The notes: generated by a model from the letters alone, not told the origin. A DNA stretch of 64,000 nt from Guillardia theta CCMP2712 (GCF_000315625.1 NW_005434632.1:490113-554112), one strand, 5' to 3'. Shown: positions 47,320-60,844, counted from the first letter of the stretch. A program made the numbers and translations.

Positions 47320-47770
47320 TCGTGGGCCGCCGCCCGCCGGGCCGCGGCCCTCTTTCTCAGTCACTGCCGCTACTAAGTTGAATCGCCGGACTCGGGGCCG
47401 GGGGCCGGGAAACCAGCCCTCAGTGTAACGGAACACTGATAAAAGTTCAACGGTGACGGGGCGTGTTGTTGAGTCTGGTCCGAGTCGCAGTTGAATAAAA
47501 GTACTTGAATACGTTGAACGATTGTCCGATACCGTAGTTCAGCCATCATAGGGCCAGGAAACGTTGAACGGTCAGTGCAATGCGCGGCCAGGCAACCGTT
47601 GAACAGTGCGGTGACCGTGGAACGTATGCCAGCCGTGGGCCAGTCAGATCATGAGCGCCGAGGCCGGGAAAAAGCTTCAACGGTTTGGCAAGTTGCTTGG
47701 AGGGCCCCGGGCCCGGCGCTGTCACGGCCGGCCCGGCCGCGCCGCAGTGGCGATCGGACGGTGCGCGGAA
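47320..47770. promoter_or_regulatory. CCGG island with clustered CGTTGAAC/TTCAACGG (Myb/MSA-like) motifs upstream of ORF 48033
   Basis: Motif at ~47444, 47511, 47561, 47595, 47614 (variant) and 47675. Confidence 0.5.
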
Positions 47771-48032
47771 CTTCGGAACTTATGCGGAAACAAGTTCCCT
47801 CTTCCCCGCTCAATCCCCTCAACCTGCCTAGAGAGAGTAGAGCAGTTCCTCGTCCTTCTCGTTCCTGGTCCTCCGCTCCTGCCCTCGCGCGCGTTCCAAC
47901 CTCCTCCTCCTTGTCCCCACCTCTTCTCAAGCTTCTTCTCTCCTCAAGACTCCGCCCTGCTTCTGTCTTCTGAGCAGACGTCACACTGACAACCTTCAAC
48001 TCACATTGTTCGCTTGACAAGGCATCGGACCC

Positions 48033-48794
48033 ATGTCGTCCATCATGGCAGATAACCTGACTCCCTGGAGCGAGTTCGACGAGTACGAATGGATGAAAAT
48101 CAAGCTGAAATGCTCGGATGAGGATAGACTCTCAATCAAGGGCTGCAGCACAATCATTCAGATCAGGGAGATCTGGAAAATTCTCGCTGCGCAAGGAAAG
48201 GCAGTACTGTATCAAAGTCAACGGGAGGAGGAGAACTCTGTCTTCGGCTTCAACAAGATCGTGGCGATCGATATTCTAGCTTGCTATAGGGCCTTTTGCT
48301 CTTCCTCCAAGAATCCCACTCGCTGGGCCATGGACAAGATGAGGAACTGCGGCATGAAGCCCACCAAACACTCGCAGGGCCCTGCGCACCGGGACATTCG
48401 CAAGTCCTGGAAGAGTCTGGTCTACTACCAGGAGTACACGTTTGACCCTAACTACGTGGAGAACAACACCCACCGCAACTGGGTCAACGGATGCGAAGCT
48501 CTTGTCCGCGAAAAAGCTCACCCGAACACTCCCAGGTACAAGAAGAAGAAGGTTCCTTCGCCTCCCACTCCTTCACTTCCTCCCACCCCTTCGCTTTCTT
48601 CGACTGCTTCCCCTTCCCTTCGGTCGCTGCCATCGTCGTCGCAATCTCCCGAGGAGCAGGAGGTTGGTGAATGCGAACATTGCATCATGGCGGAATTTCT
48701 CAACAACTCTCCCTGCCCGTTTCATCCCCCCGCGAGCTCTCAGACTGCCAGCAGCTGCCGCCGTCTGAACTTCGAGGAGGCACCAGCAGAGTGA
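48033..48794 (+). CDS. Intronless putative nuclear/DNA-binding protein (253 aa)
   Basis: Clean ORF; globular N-terminal domain; NLS-like PRYKKKK; SP/TP-rich tail; terminal RRLNF. Confidence 0.75.
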   Translation: MSSIMADNLTPWSEFDEYEWMKIKLKCSDEDRLSIKGCSTIIQIREIWKILAAQGKAVLYQSQREEENSVFGFNKIVAIDILACYRAFCSSSKNPTRWAMDKMRNCGMKPTKHSQGPAHRDIRKSWKSLVYYQEYTFDPNYVENNTHRNWVNGCEALVREKAHPNTPRYKKKKVPSPPTPSLPPTPSLSSTASPSLRSLPSSSQSPEEQEVGECEHCIMAEFLNNSPCPFHPPASSQTASSCRRLNFEEAPAE

Positions 48795-49069
48795 GAGGAA
48801 GCATCAGCCATGCGGAGGAGCCGCCCAGCAGAAGCCGAACTTGAAGTTCTGATTGAGGTCGCCCGGGCCGAGCCGCGCTCGGATGGGCAGGAGCCTTTCA
48901 GCAACATTCCCACCACCCGGTGGGGATTGTCAGTGTGTGAGAATGCCGGGGCCCGATCGCCAGGGCCCGGCGAGTGTTGACTACTGAGTGTACTGATAGA
49001 GGCGACGACATGCCTAGACTTGTGGAATGCCATGATTGACATTGATGTGTGTGTGAACTAAGTAAATCG

Positions 49070-49132
49070 TGTGAAAAACCCAGTCAGCTCGACGCTCATT
49101 GTGAAAAAACTCAGTCAGCTCGACTCTCATTG
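49070..49132 (+). repeat. ~31-bp direct tandem repeat GTGAAAAA(A)CYCAGTCAGCTCGACKCTCATT x2
   Basis: Direct inspection. Confidence 0.8.
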
Positions 49133-49297
49133 GAACTGCCGCCTCTCCTTGAACGACAACCGTCGCAGCAGCCCTGTAGCCGGTGCTCGAGTCTGAGAGC
49201 CTACAACTCAATTACTCGGCGGGCCGGAGTGAGTCTCGGGCCCGGTCGGGGGAGTCAACTGAACGAGGAGAGCGAAAGAGGTTTACTATGAGCAACA

Positions 49298-51746
49298 TCA
49301 TCTCTGATCCATCTGGGCGATCTTGGCCCTGACCTGAAGTGGAATTAGGGACCCAAGGGAGGAGGAGGAGGAGGAGGAGGAGGAGGAGGAGGAGGAGGAG
49401 GAGGAGGAGGAGGAGGTGTGAAGAAGAGCAGGAGCAGGTAAAGGAGCGGAGAGAGGAGGAGAAGAGTGGGGGAAGGAGGAGAGGAATGCGGAGTGGCGAT
49501 GAGGAACAGGAGCTTACCTCCTCCAACTCGACGTCAAGCTTCTTGATCGCCAAGTCGATCTCTGCCAGTCTGCGAACAGAAAGGATCATGAGGGAGGGAC
49601 ATTAGAGCAGGATAGCAGCTGGGGGAGGCAAAGGCAGCAGCTGGGGGAGGCGGGTGGGAGAGACTTTGAATGGGGAAAGAGAAGAAACAGCAGGGGACAC
49701 CTTCTGTTCCTTTCTGCTTCGGCAAGCAGCGAGTCAACCGATTTACCTGGAAAGGAAAGGAGAGTCAGGCTGACACGCAGAGAGTACAGGAAGAGGCTGA
49801 CGGGGACAAGAATGAGGAGGAGGAGGAGGAGGAGGGAGGGAGGGAGAAACGTATTCTCCTACTTGAGCTCATTGCCATCTGCTTGCGGTGAGCCTTGAGC
49901 AACGTTGACATGAATCGTTCAGTCTCAGACCTGTCGAGCATGGGGGTCAGCCCGCTACCCGCTCCTCTCTCCTTTCTCTTCTCACTTGTCCCACATGGAC
50001 CCTTTCGTCTCGGTCGTACTCCCTTCCCTGCCCAGCTCTCGGATCTTCAGACGGATCTCGTCCTCCTCCTTCTGCCATCTCGCCGTCACGGCCTACTCCA
50101 CCCCTCCACAGCATCGTCGTCTCCACGCTCCTCACCTGCAGCTGCAGAAGCCTCTGCTCCTTTTCTGCGATGCGCCCGTCCATATCCTTGATGGACGCCT
50201 CCCTCACTTCGTTGGAGTCTGCGCGCTCGTAGAGGCTCGCGCGCTCTCTTGCCCTCTGCGCAGGAGGCTCAGCACCGTCATCAAGAGCATCTAAGGGGAA
50301 GACCTTCTCCGAAGGCAGCTCCTCGAACTCCATCAAGGCGTTCTCGAGGACGCTGATGCACGTTCCTGCCAGGGCTCTTCAGCTCAGTGCCGCTCCCCTC
50401 CGCCTTCCCCACCGAGGGATTCTCCTCGCGCCATGGCATCGCACAGCGAGTCGTACGCAGCTCGGTGCTCGCGGAGGAGGAGGATGGCTTCAGTGACCGC
50501 CCAGCGCGCTTGGTTGAGGACTTGTTGAGGTTGCCATGGGGGCAGCAATCCTGCGCCAGTAGGATCAAGAGGAAATCATCAAGAGGGAGGAGAGCAGAGA
50601 GTGTAGCGAGGGGACGATGGGAAGGAGAGGATCGAAAAGAAGGGGAGGTGGATGGCGAGCTGAGTAGTGAGAATGAGGGGTCGTCCTACCAACAAGAAAG
50701 CTCACTAGAGCCGATTCATCGCTCGCCCCTCCCTCTGCCTGCTCGTAATTCATCGCCTCCGCAGCTATCCCCCCCATGAGCACGATCGTGTATCTGTCGA
50801 TGGCCGTTCGCGTCACTCTGTTGGCATTCAGCTGAGTGGACAGGTCGTTGTCGAAGAAGACAGTCCCGGCTTGACCTCTGATCCCAGCTCGGGTTGCATC
50901 CCACGCTGAAAGAAAGAAGCCTTGGATCGGGCACCCGAGGAGGTAGGCCAGCAGGAAGTGTCCGGCCTCGTGCTTGATGACCTTCTCCTTGTACTTGGGG
51001 AAGAGGAAGCGGTAGGCGGATTCAAACGCTGCCCCGCTGGTAAGGAGCCGGTCGACAACGAAGAGGAAGGCAGTGAAGGGGATCACGGTCCTTAGAGGGT
51101 CGAGCCCGGCGTTGAGAGCCAGAAAGTACTCTACAGTGCACAGACCGAGCCCAGCAGCAAGCCAGCCGTACTGCGCGTTCTTGGGTGTCAGTGCTGACAT
51201 GGGAAGAGCTATAGTCTCCTGAAGGGCCTCAACGTCAATCTCTTTAGAAGCGTAAGGGAGATACTGCGGGGAGGCTTGGATGCACCCGAAACCTCTCAGC
51301 AGCCCTCTGTTCTTCAGCCCAGTGTATGCAACAGAAGTCAGCACTTGCTGCTCGTTCTCTGTCTCCGCAGACAGGTCGAGAGGGATCAGGTCGAGGAGCT
51401 TGATCGCCTGCTCCATGCTGATCTCGACAGCCATATTGTCTTTGAGGAGAGCGACGGCATCCTTCGCATTGCCAGCTTGAATCTTCTCTTCTAGCTCCTT
51501 CTGCTTTGATTCCCTCTCCTTCTCTGCTCTCAGCTCTTGCTCAGCGTCCAATCCCTGGGATCGAACCCTGGTTCTCCAGCAGGGAGCTGTGCGCCAGCAC
51601 TGTCGTCCCTGCTGATGGGGCAGGAGCGGGAGGACTCGTTGGGATCGCAGGAAGGCAGAGGAGGGAAGAGGCTGGAGGAAGCAGTCGACCTGAAAGGAGG
51701 CGGCAAGGACCAACATGGCCAGGAGATGGCAACCTCGCGGATGCAT
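49298..51746 (-). CDS. Plastid-targeted FtsH/M41-like zinc metalloprotease without an AAA domain, with a coiled-coil C-terminal extension
   Basis: Signal peptide ..VDC|F; LRGFG; two TM segments; KHEAGHFLLAYLLG; GQAGTVF; MGGIAAEA..GGASD; spliced NQARWAV..LLREHR..G|TCISVLE. Confidence 0.88.
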
Positions 51747-52299
51747 GCTCGTTGACCTCTGGGATTCCCCGCTGACAAGGATCAAGTCACGTACAATGCA
51801 ACAAGATTCGACACGGATGTCACATGCAGTGCAGGAGCAACGGGAACCCGTTCCTATTTCTCACCCTCCACTCTTATTCGAATCAATACCAGCATTCCAA
51901 TCCAACTAAAGACACACATCACCGGTCTTTGCAGCCGGTAGTCAACACTTTCACAGTGCAATCTTGAAAATCATTGGGACTTTGTTACATCATGTGCACC
52001 ATCATTCTCTACCTTATCATTGTCTTGGTATCTTTCTTTCATCACTTCCTTCCACATATTGAGTACATGCTTAAAAATTCTCAACCCCTACTCTAATCCT
52101 TGCAGACAGCAAATCTGACAAAATTTGTTTCAGATTGCCATTGAGAGCAAGATGTTCTACTCGTGCAAAACCTTGTTTGCGCATCCTGCTGATACATCTT
52201 CACACCATTCTTTCGTTTCCTCCTACTCACACACTTCTTCCCCTTCTTCGTTCCATATTGACATACTACCATCTCCCACCATTTCCTTATGCCTTGCCG

Positions 52300-53220
52300 T
52301 CCCACCCCCGGCTTCCCCGTAGAAGCCTAATGGTACCCCTCCTTTCACATTGACTACCCCCTATTTTCCTACCAAGGCACCCAACCTACCCCCACAAAGA
52401 TGACTATATTTCGTGAACATCTGCCCCATCTCCTCTATTACCCCCTCGGGAACAGGGGATTTCCTGGAAGAGAGGGTAGGGGTGCTTCCTCACACCTGTA
52501 CGGGTAGTGTAAAGGGACTTTCGGGTGGTAGTTTATAATACCCCTACTTTTCTGCCAAACAGCGGGGTACTGAACAATGGGGTATCCAGAGCGTTCTTCA
52601 CTGGGGTAGTGCAGGGGAAATATGGGGGTAGTAGAGACATGGGATGATTCCCTAGCACATCCAACATCACCCCTCCTCGGCACAAACCTACCCCATGTGA
52701 TTCCATTGAAATATGGGAAATTGAAGGGGTATGTAAAAATGGGATGGGGGTGTACAATAACACCGGTAGGTACAAACCAACTTTAGGTTGGGATAGTAGA
52801 CAAGGGTGGGGTTCTCAAGGTATGGAAGGGGGGTAGGGGACCTACCGGGCAGGCGGTTTCGAAATTTGAATTTCTCGAGTACCCCACCCAGTTAGGGATT
52901 ACAAAACTTTTGCAACCACCTCTTTTCGGTGGGTACTAATGTGCAATGACCGGTCACTGTTCTCATTACCCACCATGATATTAATCTTTGAGCTCCCTGT
53001 ACCCCCATACCAGTATAATTGGTATAAAAGATTGATTATTTATCTTAAACTTTCAAATTTTAGAATCAAATTTATTCTTTTTCTTCAATACGTGTTCTTG
53101 ATTGTTGCCCTAACCCCATTGATTTCTTATGCACCGGTACAAAACCTGAACATACCCACCCTAAATCCACCCCATTTGAAATTGCTACTACCCACCCTAC
53201 CCGCTTCTAGCACACCTGGG
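52300..53220. promoter_or_regulatory. ACCCC/GGGGT motif field in the divergent intergenic region between the protease gene and SMC2
   Basis: C-rich words ~52300-52445, G-rich words ~52475-52840, C-rich again ~52880-53205. Confidence 0.45.
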
Positions 53221-53693
53221 TGGAAAAGCAATGGCGGAAGGGGAGCGACCAGGGGGAGAAGAGGAACACAGAGGAGAGATGCTACGGTGAATCATGAAGG
53301 AATGAGAACAGAAGGAGATGTCAGAAATGGACGGGAAGAGAAGAACAGATTGTAGAGATGAGCATGAGTAAGGATCGGTTTTCGAGAAGAGAAGTATATA
53401 TGTGGAGAGGAAGCAAGTAGGAAGAGATGGAGCTGACCATCATTGCTTATGAATGTCCAAAACTCAGAAAGAATTGATGGCTAGAGTGAGGTATTGCATA
53501 CAATTAGAATGCTAGATTGCAGATCAAGAACCTGTTGACCATGTCACGATGAAAATTACGATTTTTTGGTCCGGAAAGATAAAAATACTGTTTTGTTGTT
53601 TGTCAGGCGCGATTGTTGCAGACAAGGCTGACTCTTGTTGCACAGATAAAATTTTGGCTATCGGGCTGCAAAGCCTGAAGGACTTGAAGAGGA

Positions 53694-56600
53694 ATGCACA
53701 TTCAAGAAATCATTATCGATGGTTTCAAATCATACGCCAAGCGAACCGTTATTCAGGGCTTCGACCCCATGTTCAACGCCATTACTGGTTTGAATGGAAG
53801 TGGAAAGTCAAACATTCTTGATTCTATCTGCTTTGTTCTTGGCATCTCGAGGCTGGAGCAGGTGCGAGCAGGATCACTACAGGAGTTGGTGTACAAGCAG
53901 GGGCAGGCCGGAGTAACCAAGGCGACAGTAACGATCGTGTTCGACAACAAAGACAAGAAGGGATCTCCTGTTGGATATGAATCCTACGATGAGATTGCTG
54001 TCTGTAGACAGGTGGCCATCGGCGGTCGCAACAAGTACCTTATCAACGGTCATGTTGCCCAACAAAACAAAGTACAAAACTTGTTTCACTCTGTCCAATT
54101 GAATATCAACAACCCACATTTCCTGATCATGCAGGGAAGGATCACTAAGGTGATCAACATGTCTCCACAAGAGATTCTCGGGTTGATTGCGGAGGCTGCT
54201 GGAACCAAGATGTATGAGAGCAAGAAGGAGGCGGCCTTGAAAACCATCGAAAAGAAAGAGACTAAACTCGAAGAAATTCAAAGGATTTTGAAGGAAGACA
54301 TCACCCCAACCTTGGAGAAGTTGCGGACAGAACGTGCTGCATATATCCAATGGACTTCTGGCAATACAGAGCGCGAGAGGTTGGAACGATTTTGTACAGC
54401 ATGGGAATTCACTCAGGCAGAGAACCTGACGAGAAAAGCTGCTGATGAGATGTTGCAAATGGAAGCAGACAAGAAGGACATGGAGAAGAAGTGCAAGGAC
54501 TTGTCTGCAGAGATTGCTGAAAAGGAAGAAATCGTCAAGTCTCTGCAGCGAGCCAAGGCAAATGAGATGGGAGGAGAAATGAAGGAGCTGGAGGCCAAGT
54601 CGAATGAGCTGAGCAAAGCGCTAGTCAAGGCAACCACTACCTGGCAGCACAGCAAGGAAAACCTTGACAGCGAGAAGAAAGCCGTGGACAAGACTCGCAA
54701 ACAGCACAAAGATCTTCAGAAAGTGCTGGATTCGAACAAAGCCAAAGTCTCCAAGGCCGAAAAGAGTGTGCAGGATATCACCGAGCAAGTCGCTGGCTGC
54801 CAAGGCAAGTTGACAGACCTACAAAGGCAGAAGCAGGGCCTGCAAGCTGGATGCGATGCAGACAGCAAGGAGGGCGAGAAGTCTCTTGCTGACCAGCTGA
54901 AGGATGCCAAGACCCACGTAAACCTAACCCTTGTGATTCGCTTCAGGTCTTGACCGTGCTCCCACAGGTCTCCACTGCAGAGTCCGAGCTTGTGCAGCTC
55001 AGAAACAGGATGCAACATCTCAAGTCGGAGTTGTCGCAGCGTCAGAAGGGAGCGAAGAACGCAGGAAAGGAATACGAGCAGCTACAGGTCCCTCCATAAT
55101 TCCATCTGGTTGTGCGTTGATCCTGTCGACTAGGGCGAGCTCAGCAAGGCAAGCAACACTGTTGCCAAGGCCAAGGCGGAGCTCGACAAGCTGTCTTTCG
55201 ACGCTAAGGCGCAGGTCCATGACAGCACCTGCTAGAAAGCAAGGGAGGTTCTGATTGTTTCTCACAGGACGAGCTCAAGGCTCAGATCTCCTTAGAGGAA
55301 GCAGCTGTAAGAAAGCTTCAGGAGGAAGTTGATGCTCTCTCCGCCCAGGTGAATTTGAGGACTTGAAGGCTTGTTGGTTTCTTACTTTGGCCGCAGATAA
55401 GCAACTTTGATGTTCAGTACACCTCTCCTTCCTCCTCCTTTGATCGATCAAAAGTCAAGGGCATTGTAGCATCCCTGGTCAAACTCAAGGACAAGTCGAC
55501 CGCGACTGCCATCGAGGTTGCCGCAGGCGCCAAGTTGTATCAGTTGGTTGTTAAGGATGAAGAGACTGGCAAGCAGGTGAAGATGGATGTGCATGCAGCA
55601 TGGAGGGCTGATACCTTGGTCCCTTGCAGATCTTAAAGAATGGGCAGCTCAAGAAGAGGGTCACTATTATCCCCCTCAACAAGATTCAGGCCTCTACTGT
55701 TCCAGACAGCATTCTCAAGACGGCTTCGAAGAGTTTGGGACCCGAGAGAGCCAGGTTGGCCCTGGAATTCGTGGGCTACGACGACGAGGTAACAGACTAT
55801 TAGAGGATAATTCCTGTGTGAGGGGCTGCGTCAGGTGGAGGCTGCGATGAAGTACGTACTCGGGAAGACGATGGTCTGCAAGGACGTCGAGGCTGCCAAG
55901 TCGTGCGCTTTCAACGAAGGCATCAGGGTGAAGGTGCTTGCGAGTTGTTGACCAGCCGCTCGCCTCACGGCCTTGCAGTCCGTGACCCTGGAGGGTGACC
56001 TCTTCGACCCTGCCGGGACCCTCACTGGAGGGACGCGCGCACCTACCTCCTCCTCGATCTTGACCAGATTCGGTCAGCCTACGAGGAGCCCTTGGGTTGC
56101 GTTGACGTTGGGTGCAGGTGATCTGCTCGACAAGAAGGAGGAGCTGGAGCAGAGGGAGAAGAAGCTCAAGGCCCTCAAGGCACAAGTAAAGGCCCCGTGT
56201 GAGGCGATGTTTCCCTTGCTTACGGCAAAGTCCAGGCGCAGGAGGCCAGGAAGCAGGAGGAGCAGCACCAGAACCTCTCGCAGAAGCTCTCTCTTGCCGA
56301 GCACGAGTCATCCCTCATCAAGTCTCGTCTCGAGGCCAACCCCTACTTCAAGGTCCTCCGATGTGAGCATGGCAAGTCAACCCCTTGACCATTCTCATCA
56401 GGCTGCTGAAGAGCTGCGATCTATGGAGGAGGAGGTCAACGCCGGGTAAGCTGAGCTGAAGTAGAGCATGCGATACTGACGTGGTCGTCAGCGACCAGAA
56501 GATTGCAGAGAAGACGAAGGAGAAGGAAGAGGCATCAGCCCTTGTGAAGCGCCTGGAGAAACAGATCCAGGAGTACTCCAAGTCGTGGGACAAGCTGCTG

Positions 56601-58195
56601 GCAGCCAAGGAGAAGGAGATTGCCGAGACCAAGGAGCTCCTCACACAGCTCAACGCCAAGTGATGCTCACTGCTCCCCTCCCCTCCCCTCACTCCTTGCT
56701 GGCAGGTTGAAGGCGACGCGTGAAGAGAACGAGAGCATCTTGCTGGATTCTCAAGCGAGTGCCGAAGAATTGAAGACCATCGAAGAGCAGATAGCTGCTG
56801 GAGAGGAGGTGGAGGCTCTGCTTGCGACTTCATGCTGCTCATGCAGTGCAGGTCGTGGCGAAGTGCGAGGAGGAAGTCGCCGCTCTTGAGCAGACAGTGA
56901 CAGCCAAGCGAAGCGCGTTCGACGAGGCCGAGGCGGAGCTCAAGGAGAGGAGGGATGCGATCAAGCAGGCCGACAAAGACATCCAGGAAGCTAGCAAGGT
57001 CCTCGCCTGCCCCGTTGCGTCGAATTGAGCTAACTGGCTCATCTAGGAGTGCGAAAAGACCGAGAAGAAGCTGGAGGAGCAGAAGATCGCGATCAAGAAG
57101 CTCGAGCATCAGATTGCCCGGTGAGGGTTCAGGGCCTGCGAGTCGCTTCTACTGATTGTCCTGCAGGTTCGACAAGGACTCGCTGGAGGCCAAGAAAGCC
57201 GTTGAACACTTCCTGCGCGTGCACTCGTGGATCTCGACTGAGCGAGCTCAGTTCGGCAAGGCTGGTAGGCTTCCGCCTGCTCGGCACCTTTGGACCCTCT
57301 GACGTGGGGGCAGGAGGAGACTACGACTTCAAGGCTAACGACCCCAAGAAAGCCCAGGAGAGAATGAAGGAGCTGGTGGAACAGCATGAGAAGCTCGGCA
57401 AGAAGATCAACAAGAAAGTGATGGGCATGTTCGAGAAGGCGGAGCAGGAGTACCAGGAAGTGATGGAGAAAAAGAGGATCGTCGAGAACGACAAGAGGAA
57501 GATCGAGGTGCGTGCGCCCGTGGCCTGGTAGCCCTTGATGACGTGAGATGTCGCAGATGGTGATGGAGGAGCTCGACGAGAAGAAGAATCAGGCGCTAAA
57601 GACCACCTGGACTAAGGTCAATCGCGACTTCAGGTTCGCTCCTCGCCTCTCCCCCCTCCTCCTCCTCCTCACTGATCGCCTCCCACAGCTCCATCTTCCA
57701 GACCCTACTCCCCAATGCCCGCGCCAAGCTTGAACCTCCCGAGGGCGGAAGCGTTCTTGACGGCCTCGTCCTGCGTGTTGGGTTCGGTGACTGCTGGAAG
57801 GAGTCTCTGAGGTCAGTCTCCTCATTCCCCTCCTCTTGCCCAGGACTGACGTGAGACTAGCGAGCTGAGCGGAGGACAGAGGTCTCTCCTTGCCCTCTCT
57901 CTCATCCTCGCCCTCCTCCTCTTCAAGCCAGCTCCGATGTACATCCTCGACGAGATCGATGCCGCTCTTGACTTGAGCCACACGCAAAACATCGGACACA
58001 TGCTCAAGACGCACTTCAAGAACTCTCAGGTTGGATCCTCTCCCGACCTCCCCTCCAAGCGCTCACTTTGCCTTACAGTTCATCATTGTCTCGCTCAAGG
58101 AGGGCATGTTCAACAACGCTAACGTGCTCTTCCGCACCAAGTTCGTCGATGGTGTTAGCACCGTCACAAGAACGACTCCAGGACAGAAGGCGTGA
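53694..58195 (+). CDS. SMC2: Condensin subunit SMC2
   Basis: [67 protein letters not shown]; hinge [25 protein letters not shown]; [43 protein letters not shown]. Confidence 0.98.
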
Positions 58196-58314
58196 TATCT
58201 TGTACTCTCATCTTGACTAACTAAACTAATCCCAACCTTATCCTTCTTCCCCTCCAAGCGCCTTCATCCTCCCCTGCATCACCGTCTCTTCCTTGCTCGT
58301 AGCGCCTGTCGCCT

Positions 58315-59281
58315 TCACTGGCTGTCTCTAGCTGCTCTGATTCTCTTCAATATGAAGATCCCTCCCCTGCCAACATGCGTCAGTCACGACCTCGTCATCG
58401 CATGTCTCACCGTCCTCCTCGTGAGATGCGAATGTCGCCATGGCAGAAGCCGGTCCGCAGCTCCCCCCTTGGTCTGGGAAGGGGAAGGACGAGCTGCGGG
58501 AGGAAGGGTACCTTAATGCTTGCTCGAGAGAAGGTTACCCCGAGCCTCCGCGGTTGCTCTCCTGCCAGCTCCCCAAAGACGCGGATAACGAGCTGAGGTG
58601 AGGAGGAAGGAGGGCGGAGCGAAGGGAAGGGGAAGGAGGAGGGGACCGCGCGTATCACGACGAAGTTCTCAACAGTCTTCTGCTGCACGTCGATCGTCTG
58701 CTCGTTCCTGACGCGCAGCCACTTGTCCCTCCCTCCCGCGTCCTCCTGCCCTCCAGCCAGGAAGGGAGCGAGGCGGAAGAGGGTGCGGTACAAGTAGGAC
58801 GTGGGGTCTACCCCTCCTATGCCTTCCCCTGCCGACTGTGTGGAGAAGATGAGGGACCATCGACCTGCGATCTCTTCCTCCTCGACCATGTCGAGCATCT
58901 CCAGCTCTCCAGCTACTTTCAGCGTCTCTTCAATACTTCCAGCCGCAACTGATCGCAATAGATGCTGCACTAGCAGCTCCAGGTCAGCTCTCTGCCCCTC
59001 GTCTGCTCCTCCTCGTGCTCCTGCGCACAGAGGCAGATGGATGGATCGACTGCGGGAGGAGGAAAGTACGAAGCGAGATGTGACAGGATGAGGGAATCGA
59101 GTCAAAGAACACGAGGGGAGAGGGTGAGAGGAGGGGAAATTAACGCGAGACGAGAGAAAAGCAGGAGCAAGAGAGGAGGAGGAGGAGGAAGGGGAGAGAG
59201 AGAGGAGGAGGAGGAGGAGGATGAGGAGACTTGCATTGACGCGATGGCGAATGCGAACATGGAGACAGCTCGCCAAGCCAT
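58315..59281 (-). CDS. Second PAP/fibrillin-family protein, probably plastid-targeted; start uncertain
   Basis: IAGRWSLIFST, NEQTID..TVEN, RGELRTGF..DIRISRGGR|GGIFILKR; hydrophobic leader ending APA|F. Confidence 0.8.
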
Positions 59282-59349
59282 AGCGATTTGTCTATCCAGT
59301 ATACACGGCGTCGCCTGCTGATTTCTTTCCTTGTGGTCTGCCATCACCC

Positions 59350-60806
59350 ATGGATCGCGCAAGGATCGCTCTTTTCATGGTCAACAGTCCTGCCATGTCT
59401 TGCTTGTCTTGCTTGTCTTGCTTGTCTTGCTTGTCTTGCTTGTCTTGCTTGTCTTGATTGTCTTGATTGTGTTAGATATCTTACTTGTCTTACTTGTCTT
59501 GCTTGTCTTGCTTGTCTTGCTTGTCTTGCTTGTCTTGCTTGTCTTAGATATCTTACTTGTCTTACTTGTCTTACTTGTCGCAGATGTCTTACTTGCTCTG
59601 CTTGTCTTGTATTCTACATGATGATATCAGTGTTTTTGACATTTTGTTCTCATAGCTATGAAGTGATGTCTCTCTCTCTCCCTCTCAGGAAAATGATGAA
59701 TCCAGCACCATGACATGAAATTCCGAGCACAAAACCTCCTCAAATGGTCATGGCAAGACCTGCCCATCTTGCTGACCGGTTTGTCGACCCGTCCTAGCGC
59801 CATGTGTCTCAGCATGTCGCAGGTTTGGCGGCTCTCTTGTCCTGGGCGTCAACACCGGAGGGTCCGAGGGAGATAAGGCAGGAGGAGATCTACGAGAGTT
59901 TGTTCCGGTACCTCTCGCGACTCGTGCGAGCATGCAGCTCACGACACACAGCCTGTCGCCGAGCGAGACATGCAGGGAGAGGATCAGAGGGCTAGAGGGA
60001 GAGCTGAGGAAGCAGCAGCATGCGGGTGAAGGAAAAGCTCCTCCTCCTCCTGTGCCCTGACAAGTTTCAGTGTTCGACGTCGGGAAAAACGTCAGGAGCT
60101 TCTGTCATGACGTGCTGCTGTCTTCTCCTCCCGGTCTGCTTCCTCCCCTTACGGCCCTCCTGACTTCCAGCTGTGCGAAGGAAGGATCTATGAACGTGTT
60201 GCGCGAGCCAACAGCTCTCCTCCTCCTCACTTCCCCTCTTCCTCCTCAGCCTCAAGACCTGGTTGCGTCCTTCTCCTGCCATGTGCGATGATGCTGAGGA
60301 GCAGGAGCAGGAGCAAGGCTCGTCAGCATTGCCTTCATCCTCCTCATCGGGCCCAGGGACTCTGCGGCCTCGGTTGACCTGCCATGGACGTCGGGGGGAG
60401 CTGAAGGCAGTTGGCAGGTGGACAGGCTGGTCGAGTATGTGGTGGGAGGCGACGACGTGCTGGTCGTTCATGTGGACAGCAAGGCAGACGGTCGATGACG
60501 AACCTCCTCCTCGTCCTTGTGCTCACTACGACGTCAGGGAGTCTGAGGAGGAGGATGGAGGAGCTCGAGAAGGAGCGCGGCAACGTCTTCCTCCTCCCCC
60601 GCTCGTTGAGCGTTACTTGGGGAGGGTTTTCCATGGTCAAGGCCCAGCTGGAAATGATGAAGTTTGTCGTGAGGGATGAGCGAGTGAGGAGGAGAGGTCG
60701 GTGGGACGTGCTGATCAACCTTAGTGGTCAGGTTGGTTCCTCTCGCTGCTCCTGCTGCGGCTTTTCCTCCTCCGCTCCTTCTCCTGCTCCTGCTCCTGCT
60801 CCTGCT

Positions 60807-60844
<38 letters not shown>

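Noticed and set aside
51553-51575. T-loop-like GGTTCGATCCC on the minus strand
   Set aside because: Lies within the protease coding exon; no cloverleaf.
59288-59713. Cys-rich (CLA)n metallothionein-like ORF
   Set aside because: Translation of a 9-bp tandem repeat, probably intronic.
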